Source: Acidobacteriota bacterium (GTDB lineage Bacteria; Acidobacteriota; CAIWXX01). From it: 64,000 bases of DNA. The stretch lies in the NCBI GenBank assembly GCA_040755995.1, contig JBFMAF010000008.1, positions 32,001 to 96,000 of the forward strand, in the 5' to 3' direction. Below the pieces are notes generated by a model. It ran no database searches and had not been told where the DNA came from. It saw nothing but the letters and a program-made list of their open reading frames with translations. The first letter of the stretch is position 1; the number at the start of each line of letters is the position of its first letter. The translations under genes were made by a program, and so were the position numbers. Below, one piece after another: positions 20,877 to 30,433 of this stretch.

Positions 20877-21428
20877 TTGAGCAAGGTGGCGGTTACGCAA
20901 TGGCTGGGTAGAGTTGCGCCCTTGTTCGACACGGCCCGTAGGGTCGTAGTCGTGGACGTGCGGGACGGCGCGAGGGGTTCGAGCCAAGAAGGGGAATTGC
21001 CGGACGGAGGGCCGAGCCACAGAATCCAGGCACTCTGCACCCTCGGCGTCGACGCGCTGATCTGCGGGGCGATATCGAGGCCGATCGCCCGGATGCTCGG
21101 TGCATGCGGCATCAGCGTTATCCCTTTCGTCGCCGGGTCTGTCGACGATGTCCTAAACGCTTACACCTCTGGAAGACTCCAATCGCCCCAGTTCGCTATG
21201 CCGGGGTGCGGCCAGGGGCGAGGCCGCGGTGGCCGGGGGCCGGGGGGTCAGTGCGTTTGTCCGAAGTGCGGCCGCCGAGAGCCGCATCTGAGGGGCAGCC
21301 CGTGCAGCGATGAGGCATGCCCCGTGTGCGGGTCACAAATGATGAGGGGGAGAGGGCCCTCTCGCGGGAAGGGAGGAGTACCATGGCAGGAACAGCCAGA
21401 ACAGGGCAGTGGGAATGGGGACCGATGA
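20877..21428 (+). CDS. NifB/NifX family protein with Gly-rich linker and Cys-rich zinc-ribbon tail
   Basis: RVAPLFDTA, LICGAIS, FAMPGC; CVCPKCG..EPH.RG.PC...CPVCG; GGAGG before TTG. Confidence 0.8.
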   Translation: MSKVAVTQWLGRVAPLFDTARRVVVVDVRDGARGSSQEGELPDGGPSHRIQALCTLGVDALICGAISRPIARMLGACGISVIPFVAGSVDDVLNAYTSGRLQSPQFAMPGCGQGRGRGGRGPGGQCVCPKCGRREPHLRGSPCSDEACPVCGSQMMRGRGPSRGKGGVPWQEQPEQGSGNGDR

Positions 21429-21730
21429 GCGGCCGGCCCGTCGGGTACGGCGGAGGAGCTGGCGGTGGAGGCGGCGCCGGATACGGTGGCTCGCACACAC
21501 GGCACGCCGCCGGGCACGGTTGGCGCCACATCTTCCGCACATCCTGGATCCCTGGATGGATGCGATTCGGGCCGGGCTGGGAGCCGCTCTCCCCCGCCGG
21601 GCGCACCGAGCTCACCCACGAGTCGGAGAAGGAGTATTTGCAGCAGGAAATCGCCGCACTTCAAGACCAGCTCGATATCGCCAAGAGGCGCCTGGAAGAG
21701 CTCTCAGCCGCCGATCAGAAAGAGGGATGA
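21383..21730 (+). CDS. DUF5320-like protein (Gly-rich, C-terminal coiled coil)
   Basis: GPMSGR, GWRH.F....PGWMRFG; paralog of 25010..25378. Confidence 0.7.
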   Translation: MAGTARTGQWEWGPMSGRPVGYGGGAGGGGGAGYGGSHTRHAAGHGWRHIFRTSWIPGWMRFGPGWEPLSPAGRTELTHESEKEYLQQEIAALQDQLDIAKRRLEELSAADQKEG

Positions 21731-22124
21731 GAGGCAGAAGGCGCGGCTGCCCGAGCATTCGCTCGAACAACCTCCGCGATTGGATTCCCCGGGGTCGAGG
21801 TCTCCGTCGACGAGGACTTGGGTGTAGTCTGGCAGCCGCGATCGGCCCCTGCCTCTCGTCATCGGTGCGGGAACGCGGAGGTCTCTTCACCGCGTCACCG
21901 TGTCTCCGCGTCTCCGCGTCTACTTCAATGGAGCGCCGCGTCCCCGTCCGCTCCACCCCAACAAGTGGTCGGGGATCGGGAGCCCTTGTTGCTACCCGCG
22001 CGGCGCATCTCGGGGAGGGGCGGTGAGCAGTGCTCCTCCGGTCTCGCCGTCCCTCCCCATTCTTTTCGGGACCTCGGAGCGCGCGCTCAGGCTCGCACTC
22101 CGCCCCTGCCGCCGACTATAATCG

Positions 22125-23066
22125 ATGCGAGGTGGCGGAGGAGTGAAGTCGCGACCTGGACTTGAAGCAGCGCTGGCCGCTCTCCTGTCCGCGTGGTTTG
22201 GCGCCGCGGGATGCTGCGAAGGTTCGCCTGTCATCATCGACACGGATATGGCGCTGGACGATGTGCGCGCCATCGCTCTGCTCGCCTGTTCGAAGACACT
22301 GGAGATCAAAGCCGTCGTCACCTCTGACGGCGCAGCCGGTGCAGCTGCTGGATACGAGAACGCACTGGCTGTACTCGCGATCCTCGATCTCGATCACGTT
22401 CCGGTCGGGATGGGTCGGCCGCTGGACGCGCCACCGCCGCCTTGGCGCGGGCTTTCCGACGCGCTTGGATGGTCTCCGATGGGCTCGGCGGGTACACCGG
22501 GCCGATCACCGGCCGAGACGGTCGCGGTGGTGTCCAGCACTCTGGATGGCTCGGCCGCTCCCGTTGACTACATCTGCCTGGGACCACTCACGAACCTGGC
22601 GCAGGTGCTGCGGGAGAAGCCTGCGTTAGCGACCCGAATCGCAAGGGTGCTCTATGTTGGATCGAAGCGCGCCGATCCAACACCAGGCTGGAACACGCTT
22701 CGCGACACGGAGGGCGCCGATCGGGTCCTCGGGGCAGACCTCACCGTCTACCAGTTCGACTTGGAAGAGCCGAACGTGCTCCGATTCGATTCCGGCCTGT
22801 GGCAGGAGGTCGGTCGGATCGATACGGTCCCTTCAAATCTCATCTACGACCTGCATCGCGACAGCCGCGTCCAGGCGCTGCTGCGGGAACGGCATTTCTG
22901 TGCGTGGGACGAGACTGTCGCCCTCTACTTGCACGCTCCGACCATCGCCAGCACAGAACCACTCCCGGGTCGACCGCGCGGGCTCAGGATAGGCGGAGTA
23001 GACGTCGATGCCGCCCGGAACACTTACCTGGCGATCCTGAGACGGGGTCGAGCGGGACGATCGTGA
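22125..23066 (+). CDS. Nucleoside hydrolase family protein, probably exported
   Basis: IIDTDMALDD (DxDxxxDD), LGPLTNLA, WN, WD; hydrophobic N-terminus. Confidence 0.82.
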   Translation: MRGGGGVKSRPGLEAALAALLSAWFGAAGCCEGSPVIIDTDMALDDVRAIALLACSKTLEIKAVVTSDGAAGAAAGYENALAVLAILDLDHVPVGMGRPLDAPPPPWRGLSDALGWSPMGSAGTPGRSPAETVAVVSSTLDGSAAPVDYICLGPLTNLAQVLREKPALATRIARVLYVGSKRADPTPGWNTLRDTEGADRVLGADLTVYQFDLEEPNVLRFDSGLWQEVGRIDTVPSNLIYDLHRDSRVQALLRERHFCAWDETVALYLHAPTIASTEPLPGRPRGLRIGGVDVDAARNTYLAILRRGRAGRS

Positions 23067-23223
23067 TCGCCTACGAGGCACCGACCGGAACCCCCATCGA
23101 TCAGCAACCGCATTCTCCGCCCAGTGCGTGTCCGGCGTCTCACACGCCCCCAACGCGGCAGCCGGGCCTTCTCGGCGGGCAATGCCTCGCATACAACGTG
23201 GCCCCTACTCAAGGAGACGACAC

Positions 23224-24489
23224 ATGGAAGCGTCGAATCGACCGGAGGATCTGAAGAAACATTTCTACCTGGATTGCGGATTCGCCACACGCGCGCTGCA
23301 TGCAGGTGAGCACGTCGGGCAACCGCATTTCACGAACCACACCAACGCGATATTCCAGACGTCCACGTTCACCTTCGAAACGGCGAAGGACGGTGCCGAT
23401 CTGTTCGCGGCGCGGAAGGAGGGATTTGTCTACACGCGCATGGGCAACCCCACGGTGCTCGTGCTCGAGGCCAAGCTCGCAGCCCTCGAAGGGTGCGCCT
23501 ACAAATTGGCGCATCCTGAGAAGACCGTGTCGTGCATTGCGTTTTCCTCGGGAATGGCAGCCATCTCCTCCACGATGATGGCCATCCTGCGCCCCGGCGA
23601 TACACTGATCGCCGGAGAGGTGCTTTATGGCGCCACCGAGGACTTCTTCCGGACCGTCCTGCAGCCGCTTGGGATACGGTGGGTGCCCGTCGAGACCTCG
23701 AACCTGGAACTTCTTGAGGCAGCCCTGCGCCAGCACGACCGCGTGCGTGCTGTCTACTTCGAGACGCCGACCAACCCGTTGATGGGGATCACCGACATAC
23801 AGGCGCTTTCGACTCTCGTGCGCAGCATCAGGCCCGACTGCCACATCGTCGTCGACAACACTTTCGCGACACCGTTCCTGCAGCGCCCCCTCGAGCTCGG
23901 CGCAGACGTCGTGCTGCACTCCACCACCAAGTACATCGGGGGCCACGGCACGGTGATCGGCGGTGCAGTGATCATGGTGGACGAGGAGGTGCGCACTCAC
24001 CTCTACCACATGATGAAGGATTTCGGTGGGTGTCCGTCGCCGTTCGATGCGTGGCTCGTGAACGCAGGGCTGAAGACCCTGCCCCTCCGAATGCGCGAGC
24101 ACTGCGCCAACGCGCAGCGCATCGCCGAGTTCCTCGAACAGCACCCGAAGGTCGATCGCGTCTTCTACCCAGGGCTGCCTTCCTTCCCGCAGCATGACAT
24201 GGCCAAGAAGCAGATGAGCGGGTTCGGCGGCATCCTGTCATTCGAGATCAAAGGAGGCTACGCCGCCGCCGAGAAGGTGATGAACAGCGTGAGGTTGTTC
24301 ACCCTGGCAGTCTCCCTTGGATGCGTGGATTCGCTGATCCAGCATCCAGCGTCCATGACCCACGCCATGATCCCGCGCGGGGAGCGCGAGCGCATCGGGA
24401 TCTCCGAGGGCCTCGTTCGCCTCTCTGTCGGCGCGGAGGACGTGAACGACCTGCTGGGCGACCTCGAAAGCGCGCTCGGCAACGCGTAG
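23224..24489 (+). CDS. PLP trans-sulfuration enzyme (methionine gamma-lyase / cystathionine gamma-lyase family)
   Basis: [48 protein letters not shown]. Confidence 0.9.
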   Translation: MEASNRPEDLKKHFYLDCGFATRALHAGEHVGQPHFTNHTNAIFQTSTFTFETAKDGADLFAARKEGFVYTRMGNPTVLVLEAKLAALEGCAYKLAHPEKTVSCIAFSSGMAAISSTMMAILRPGDTLIAGEVLYGATEDFFRTVLQPLGIRWVPVETSNLELLEAALRQHDRVRAVYFETPTNPLMGITDIQALSTLVRSIRPDCHIVVDNTFATPFLQRPLELGADVVLHSTTKYIGGHGTVIGGAVIMVDEEVRTHLYHMMKDFGGCPSPFDAWLVNAGLKTLPLRMREHCANAQRIAEFLEQHPKVDRVFYPGLPSFPQHDMAKKQMSGFGGILSFEIKGGYAAAEKVMNSVRLFTLAVSLGCVDSLIQHPASMTHAMIPRGERERIGISEGLVRLSVGAEDVNDLLGDLESALGNA

Positions 24490-24586
24490 CGAAGACTGAA
24501 TCGTCTAATAGCGCGGGTCGAGCACCGCCCCGTGGCCTTGCTGGTTCGGCGCGCACACCTCCCGGCATTCCCCGATCCCCCTCGGA

Positions 24587-24602
24587 GTCGCAGAAACGCG
24601 AC
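24587..24602. promoter_or_regulatory. Putative sigma-54 activator binding site (UAS)
   Basis: GTCGCAGAAACGCGAC, ~115 bp upstream of the second -24/-12 promoter. Confidence 0.75.
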
Positions 24603-24712
24603 TCGTCTGGGCGGCCTCGGTATCGCCAGGGCGACCCCGGCGGAAGGATCGAGTATTGCGATTACCCGCGCTATCAAGCGGTCGATCTCCTCTTCGATGC
24701 CCCTGTGCCCCC

Positions 24713-24729
24713 CTGGCACTATCTTTGCT
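24713..24729 (+). promoter_or_regulatory. Sigma-54 (-24/-12) promoter
   Basis: CTGGCACTATCTTTGCT, GG-N10-GC. Confidence 0.85.
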
Positions 24730-24753
24730 ATGCATGAAACCTGGAGGAAAGGA

Positions 24754-24981
24754 ATGAACCAGAGAACAAGAGAAGGACGAGGGGCGATGGGCGGGAGGCG
24801 CAGAGACGTGGGCGGCCCAGGCGGACAGGGCCGCGGCCGGATGGGCGGAGCCTTCGCGGCCGGCCCCGGCGGTGAATGCGTCTGTCCGCAGTGCGGCCAT
24901 CGCGAGCCGCATCAGCGCGGGGTGCCCTGCACCGGACGACTGTGTCCCAAGTGCGGGGTCGCCATGACAAGAGAACCATGA
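24754..24981 (+). CDS. Small Gly-rich, Cys-rich zinc-ribbon protein
   Basis: GPGGECVCPQCGHREPHQRGVPC...CPKCG; same module as the tail of 20877..21428. Confidence 0.75.
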   Translation: MNQRTREGRGAMGGRRRDVGGPGGQGRGRMGGAFAAGPGGECVCPQCGHREPHQRGVPCTGRLCPKCGVAMTREP

Positions 24982-25009
24982 CTGGATATGCACGAAAGGA
25001 GAACGACAC

Positions 25010-25378
25010 ATGCCGAGAGGTGACAGAACCGGGCCCGTCGGAATGGGTCCTATGACAGGCCGCGGAGCGGGATACTGTGCTGGGTTCGGCATGCCTGGCT
25101 ACGCGAATGCGGCGCCTGGGCAAGCGTGGGGCTTCGGCCGGACGGGTAGAGGAGCTGGCCGCGGATTCGCTGGGGGGGGTCGCGGACGGCGGCACTGGTT
25201 CCACGCAACTGGTTTGCCGGGGTGGATGCGATTCGGCGGCTGGGTGGGGCCGTACGCGAAAGCGGACCCGGAGCTGGAGAAGCATGCACTGAAGAGCCAG
25301 GCACAAGCCATACAGGCGGAGCTGGACTCGATCCAGAGCCGGCTCTCCGAGTTGGAAGCCAACGCAGGCAAGGAGTAA
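25010..25378 (+). CDS. DUF5320 family protein
   Basis: MPRGDRTGP.GMGPMTGRGAGYCAG signature; AAGGAG RBS. Confidence 0.85.
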   Translation: MPRGDRTGPVGMGPMTGRGAGYCAGFGMPGYANAAPGQAWGFGRTGRGAGRGFAGGGRGRRHWFHATGLPGWMRFGGWVGPYAKADPELEKHALKSQAQAIQAELDSIQSRLSELEANAGKE

Positions 25379-25452
25379 CTGGAAACCGGGCGGGGGGCCC
25401 GAACGGGCTCTCCGTCCACTGACGAGCCAATGAGGACATTGTGGAACAATCG

Positions 25453-25560
25453 ATGAGACTTCCCCTGATAGGAGAGAAGGCGGCGTCTTACAAGGCCGAA
25501 ACCACGCAGTGCCCGATCACCTTCCCCGACGATTTCAGGGGCAGGTGGTGGAGGAGATGA
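25453..25560 (+). pseudogene. Peroxiredoxin (AhpC/TSA) N-terminal remnant
   Basis: MRLPLIGEKAASYKAETTQCPITFPDDFRGRW resembles the PLIG..AP.F...TT.G.I.FP.DY.GKW start; stops before the peroxidatic Cys. Confidence 0.65.
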
Positions 25561-25922
25561 TGAAGGTCGCCTTCAGCACGTCGGGGGAGGCTTTGGATGC
25601 TCCGCTGGATGGTCGTTTCGGCCGGGCTCCCAGGTTCCTTGTCTATGACTTGGACAGTGCAACCTTCGAGCTTGTCGACAACGATCAGGCACTCAACAGC
25701 GCTCAAGGGGCAGGCATACAGGCGGCGGAAAAGGTGAGCCGAGCGGGTGTCGGCTGCGTCGTCACGGGGCATTGCGGTCCGAAGGCGTTTCGGGTCCTCT
25801 CTGCCGCGGGTATCAAGGTCTACAACACGAACTCGGCGACTGTAGCGGAAGCGTTGGAACAACTTCGCTCTGGGAGACTCACTCCGGCGTCCGCCGCGGG
25901 CGTGGATGGGCACTGGTTGTGA
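25557..25922 (+). CDS. NifB/NifX family protein, Orange protein (ORP)-like
   Basis: DGRFGRA..F, QGAGIQAA, TGHCGPKAF. Confidence 0.85.
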   Translation: MMKVAFSTSGEALDAPLDGRFGRAPRFLVYDLDSATFELVDNDQALNSAQGAGIQAAEKVSRAGVGCVVTGHCGPKAFRVLSAAGIKVYNTNSATVAEALEQLRSGRLTPASAAGVDGHWL

Positions 25923-26503
25923 GCAAGACGAGCCGTGTTCCCCGCACGATCTCCTATAGACCGATCGGCGTCATACGCAGCGAGCATCGCGACCCGGAGA
26001 AGACGCCGATTCAGCCCTGCTATGCCCGGGGCTGCAAGGGCCGCGCCGTGGTACTCCCCGAGTATGCCAAAGGCCTGAAGGACCTGGACCGCTTCTCGCA
26101 CGTCATTCTGCTCTACCACCTTCACAAGGCCGGCAGTCCGCTACTGACAGTGAAGCCGTTTATGGACGACGTCCCCAGGGGAGTCTTTGCGACGCGACAT
26201 CCGTGCCGCCCAAATGCCATCGGAATGAGCGTCGTGCGCCTTCTGCGGGTGGAGGGCTCTACGCTACACGTGGAAGACGTGGACATTCTGGACGGCACGC
26301 CGCTGCTAGACATCAAGCCCTTCGTCCGCCGGCTGGACTCGGTCCGCCGGTCGCACGGAGGTTGGACCGAACAGGTGGACGCGAAGACGGCGAGGGTGCG
26401 GGGCCGCAGGGGCTACCGACAGCGCAGCGGTACGGGGACAGGCGGCGATCTAACGAAAGGCTTGGGCCATAGGCGTCTTCGCGCCCGGGGCTCGAGTAGC
26501 TGA
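25919..26503 (+). CDS. trmO: tRNA m6t6A37 methyltransferase TrmO/TsaA family
   Basis: PIGVIRS, GVFATRHPCRPNAIG, DILDGTPLLDIKP. Confidence 0.85.
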   Translation: MSKTSRVPRTISYRPIGVIRSEHRDPEKTPIQPCYARGCKGRAVVLPEYAKGLKDLDRFSHVILLYHLHKAGSPLLTVKPFMDDVPRGVFATRHPCRPNAIGMSVVRLLRVEGSTLHVEDVDILDGTPLLDIKPFVRRLDSVRRSHGGWTEQVDAKTARVRGRRGYRQRSGTGTGGDLTKGLGHRRLRARGSSS

Positions 26504-26512
26504 CCCGCCGAA

Positions 26513-27391
26513 ATGGCCCGACCATTCACGATCGCCATCGCCTCCGGGAAAGGGGGAACCGGCAAGACAACCGTTGCCGTGAACCTGGCGAGCGTGCAGA
26601 GGCAACCGGTCCAACTGATGGACTGCGATGTCGAGGAGCCGAATTGCCATCTGTTCCTGGATGGCGCGATGCGCAGCCAGGAAGCGGTCGAGATCCCGGT
26701 CCCCGAGGTCGATGAGTCGCTCTGCGATGGCTGCGGCGAATGCAGCCGACTCTGCCAGTACCATGCCATCGTCTCGCTCAAGACCAAGCCTCTCTTGTTC
26801 CCCGAACTCTGCCACGGCTGCGGCGGCTGCGCCAAGGTCTGTCCTCCACGGGCCATCCGAGAGGTCGGCCGCCGCATCGGGGTCATTGAGACCTCTGTGT
26901 CAAATCACATCAGCTTGATCCAGGGTCGGCTCGATGTCGGCGTCCCAATCGCGCCGCCCCTGATCCGTGCCGTCAAGGCTCGGCGCAGGAGCGGCATGCA
27001 CGTAATCCTGGACGCGCCGCCGGGGACCTCGTGCCCGGTGATCACCACCGTGAGAGACTCGGACGTCGTAGTGCTGGTCACAGAACCGACGCCGTTCGGA
27101 CTCCACGACCTGGTGCTGGCGGTGCAGCTGATGCGAGAGCTGCGGATACCGTTCGGAGTAGTGGTCAATCGAGTCGGCTCCGGAGACGGCCGCGTCCACG
27201 CTTTCTGCCAGGCCGAAGGAATCCAAGTACTCCTGGAACTGCCGGAAGACCGTAGAGTCGCCGAAGCGTACTCCAGAGGCGAGCTCTTGTCGGACGTGCT
27301 GCCTGAGTACCGGCTGCTCTTCGTACGACTGCTGGAGACGATCCTGGACTGCTGCAATCAGACTGAAGGAGCCACACATGCCCACGTATGA
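26513..27391 (+). CDS. MinD-superfamily P-loop ATPase with inserted 2x[4Fe-4S] ferredoxin domain
   Basis: SGKGGTGKTT, DCDVEEPN, CDGCGEC...C, CHGCGGC...CP, DAPPGTSC, TEPTPFGLHD. Confidence 0.9.
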   Translation: MARPFTIAIASGKGGTGKTTVAVNLASVQRQPVQLMDCDVEEPNCHLFLDGAMRSQEAVEIPVPEVDESLCDGCGECSRLCQYHAIVSLKTKPLLFPELCHGCGGCAKVCPPRAIREVGRRIGVIETSVSNHISLIQGRLDVGVPIAPPLIRAVKARRRSGMHVILDAPPGTSCPVITTVRDSDVVVLVTEPTPFGLHDLVLAVQLMRELRIPFGVVVNRVGSGDGRVHAFCQAEGIQVLLELPEDRRVAEAYSRGELLSDVLPEYRLLFVRLLETILDCCNQTEGATHAHV

Positions 27392-27641
27392 GTACGAATG
27401 CCGAAAGTGCGGCCACCGATTCGAGCGGATGCAGTCCATCACGGATGCGCCGCTCGACGCGTGCCCGGTGTGCAACGGAGAGATCGCGCGCGTGGTCAGC
27501 GGCGGAGCCGGCTTCATTATCAAGGGGAGGGGGCAGGGCCGCACAGGCGGCCATGGCGACGGCTGCTCCATCGAGCAGCACGGGCACACCTGCTGCGGCC
27601 GTGAAGAGCGATGCGACAAGCCGCCTTGCGACGACAGATGA
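27378..27641 (+). CDS. FmdB family zinc-ribbon protein
   Basis: MPTYEYECRKCGHRFE...CPVC...GFIIKG. Confidence 0.88.
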   Translation: MPTYEYECRKCGHRFERMQSITDAPLDACPVCNGEIARVVSGGAGFIIKGRGQGRTGGHGDGCSIEQHGHTCCGREERCDKPPCDDR

Positions 27642-28591
27642 TGGTCCCACCCGCCGCTCAGCACGTGTACGGTCCTGTCTCCTCACGACGCCTGGGCCGA
27701 TCCCTCGGGATCGATTTGGTACCATTCAAGACATGCACCTATGATTGTATCTACTGCCAGCTTGGGCGCACCACGCACAAGACGGCGCTGCGTTCAGAGT
27801 ACGTGCCGATCGATGGTGTGTATGCCGAGTTGCGCGGGAGACTGGAGACCACAAGGTGCCTCGACTATGTGACCATCGCCGGCTCAGGCGAGCCGACATT
27901 GAACTCCCGCGTGGGCGACCTGATAGCGCAGATCAAGACACTCACGAACATCCCGGTTGCGGTTCTGACGAATGGGTCGCTGTTGTGGATGCGCGACGTG
28001 CAGGACGCCCTGATGGAGGCAGACCTGGTCCTCCCGTCGCTTGACGCAGGCGACGACAACCTCTTCAGGCATGTCAACCGCCCGCACAGAGATATCACGT
28101 TCGAAACGATGGTCGATGGCCTTGTCCAATTCAGGGATCGATTCGGGAAGCCGCTGTGGCTGGAGGTGTTCCTTCTCGGAGGGATTACTGGAATCCGCCC
28201 GGAAGTCGAAAGAATCGCAGCGCACGTCCGCCGGATCCGCCCGGAGCGAGTCCAGCTGAACAGCGTCTCACGCCCGCCTTGCGAGGACTTCGCCTTTGCT
28301 GTGCCCGCAAAGAGGCTGGAGGGACTCGCAACGCTGTTTGATAGGCGCGCGGATGTCGTCTGCGAAAGCGGGGACAACACATCCCAGACTCACGCCTCCG
28401 AGGCGGCCACCGACCAGGCGATCCTGGCTCTGCTGAGCAGAAGGCCGTGCACCGCGAAGGGTGTGGCCGACGGCCTCGGCATCCACATAAACGAGGCGAC
28501 CAAACGATTGCATCGCCTGGCCCAACAGAGAGAAGTGAGGCTCCTGCGCAGGCAGAGGAAACTGTTCTACCAGGTTGACATGACGCCATGA
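27638..28591 (+). CDS. Radical SAM protein (COG0731-like) with C-terminal HTH
   Basis: YGPVSSRRLGRSLG, CTYDCIYC, GSGEPTL, LTNGS. Confidence 0.88.
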   Translation: MMVPPAAQHVYGPVSSRRLGRSLGIDLVPFKTCTYDCIYCQLGRTTHKTALRSEYVPIDGVYAELRGRLETTRCLDYVTIAGSGEPTLNSRVGDLIAQIKTLTNIPVAVLTNGSLLWMRDVQDALMEADLVLPSLDAGDDNLFRHVNRPHRDITFETMVDGLVQFRDRFGKPLWLEVFLLGGITGIRPEVERIAAHVRRIRPERVQLNSVSRPPCEDFAFAVPAKRLEGLATLFDRRADVVCESGDNTSQTHASEAATDQAILALLSRRPCTAKGVADGLGIHINEATKRLHRLAQQREVRLLRRQRKLFYQVDMTP

Positions 28592-29475
28592 CGAGGGAGA
28601 TCGTGGTCATCAGCGGCAAGGGCGGCACGGGCAAGACTAGTCTGACCGCATCGTTCGCCACCCTCGCCCGCCAGCCGGTGATCGCGGACTGCGATGTCGA
28701 TGCGGCGGACCTGCATCTGGTTCTGGCGCCGCGCGTCATCGAACGGCACGAGTTCTGGAGCGGTCACGAGGCAGTGATCCGGCCGACCGAATGCACAGCC
28801 TGCGGCGCCTGCCTTGAAGACTGCCGCTTCGGAGCGATCAAGACGGACCGCCAGGCGAACGGCCAGATCACGTTCTCGATCGATCCTATGTCGTGCGAGG
28901 GCTGCGGAGTCTGCGTGCGATTCTGCCCCGTGCAGGCGATCGAATTCCGCCAGCGCCGGTGCGGCGAGTGGATGGTGTCGGATACCCGCTGCGGGCCCAT
29001 GGTCCACGCGCAACTGGGCATAGCCGCCGAGAACTCCGGTAAGCTCGTCTCGACGGTCAGGCGCGCAGCCCGCCGCGTCGCAGACGAAAGTGCGCGTACC
29101 ATGGTGATCGTCGACGGCCCGCCGGGCATCGGCTGCCCCGTCATCGCGTCGATTGCCGGCGCCGACGGCGTGTTGGTCGTCACCGAGCCTACGCGGTCAG
29201 GAGAACACGATCTTCGGCGAGTTCTGGAGCTGGCCCGTCACTTCCGAATCCCCTCGTGGGTGTGCGTGAACAAGAGCGACATCAATCCGGAGCTCACGGC
29301 GCGAATCGAAGAGGAAGCCAGGCGCCTCGGATCCGAAGTCGCCGGGCGGATCCCCTGGGACCCGTCGGTCACCGGAGCGCAGCTTGCGGGAGCATCGGTG
29401 GTCGAGTACGAAGACGGACCCGCCTCCAATAGCATAAGGACGATATGGGAGAGGTTGGAGAATGCGATTCTGTGA
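28588..29475 (+). CDS. MinD-superfamily P-loop ATPase with inserted ferredoxin domain (second paralog)
   Basis: SGKGGTGKTS, DCDVDAAD, CTACGAC, CEGCGVC, ENSGKLV, DGPPGIGCPV. Confidence 0.9.
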   Translation: MTREIVVISGKGGTGKTSLTASFATLARQPVIADCDVDAADLHLVLAPRVIERHEFWSGHEAVIRPTECTACGACLEDCRFGAIKTDRQANGQITFSIDPMSCEGCGVCVRFCPVQAIEFRQRRCGEWMVSDTRCGPMVHAQLGIAAENSGKLVSTVRRAARRVADESARTMVIVDGPPGIGCPVIASIAGADGVLVVTEPTRSGEHDLRRVLELARHFRIPSWVCVNKSDINPELTARIEEEARRLGSEVAGRIPWDPSVTGAQLAGASVVEYEDGPASNSIRTIWERLENAIL

Positions 29476-29532
29476 TCGGCTTCGGCTATCCGAGCGAGCG
29501 GGCACCCGCGCCGCTACGATCATGAGGAACAG

Positions 29533-30339
29533 TTGATGACGTATCCAGAACAGCTCCGCCTTGCCGGCTTGTTGACCGAGCCGGCGGTTCGCCACGCGAT
29601 CGACGACATGCAACTGCCGCGCGGAAGCACCGGCATCGATGCGGGATGCGGAATCGGGCAGCACGCGCTGTGGCTGGCCGAAGCGATCGGGAGCGGTGGA
29701 AAGGTTACCGGTGTGGACATTTCCACCGAGAACCTGACCGCCGCGGCGGCGACAGCGGAGGAGAGAGGATTCACGGGCCGCGTGAAGTTCCGCCAGGGGG
29801 ATCTTCTGCACCTCCCATTCGAGGACAGCTCATTCGACTGGGCCTGGTGTGCCGACACCCTCTGGCCCGTAGCGGGAATGGACCCCGTGGCTGGAGTCCG
29901 AGAGCTACGCCGAGTGGTCAGACCGGGAGGCAAGATCGGCGTCCTGTTCTGGTCGGGTCAGACGGTTCTACCCGGGTATCCGCTACTGGAAGCACGTCTG
30001 TACCTGGCTCATGCGGCCGCCAATCCCTATCTCAAGGATGTCCCGCCGGAGCTTCACTTTGTGCGGGCCAACAGCTGGCTTCGATCGGCGGGGCTCACGG
30101 AAATCCGCGTGCGGACCTATGCAGCAGAGACGCAGGCGCCGCTGTCCGCAGATAGACGGGATGCCCTCGCGTACTGGTTCTCGATGTTCTGGGGTGACCT
30201 CGAAGCACACGTTTCTGAAGAGGTCTGGGCTCAATTCCGGCGTCTATGCGATCCGGGATCCACTGAATGCATACTCCGTGATCCTGACTACCACAGCCTC
30301 ATCACGTATACGCTGTTCCGTGCAACGGTGCCAGTATGA
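29533..30339 (+). CDS. Class I SAM-dependent methyltransferase
   Basis: IDAGCGIG, GVDIS, LPFEDSSFD, RVVRPGG. Confidence 0.88.
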   Translation: MMTYPEQLRLAGLLTEPAVRHAIDDMQLPRGSTGIDAGCGIGQHALWLAEAIGSGGKVTGVDISTENLTAAAATAEERGFTGRVKFRQGDLLHLPFEDSSFDWAWCADTLWPVAGMDPVAGVRELRRVVRPGGKIGVLFWSGQTVLPGYPLLEARLYLAHAAANPYLKDVPPELHFVRANSWLRSAGLTEIRVRTYAAETQAPLSADRRDALAYWFSMFWGDLEAHVSEEVWAQFRRLCDPGSTECILRDPDYHSLITYTLFRATVPV

Positions 30340-30433
30340 ATCATCGGGAGATTGGAGCGCAGGCAGGGCGATAGATCAGGAGCATCGCATTCCGGGCCGA
30401 TCGCGGACCCGGCTGGCGATACTGGAGAAGAAG

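Noticed and set aside
21890..21921. Short tandem tctccgcg-like repeats
   Set aside because: Few degenerate units, no spacers; not CRISPR
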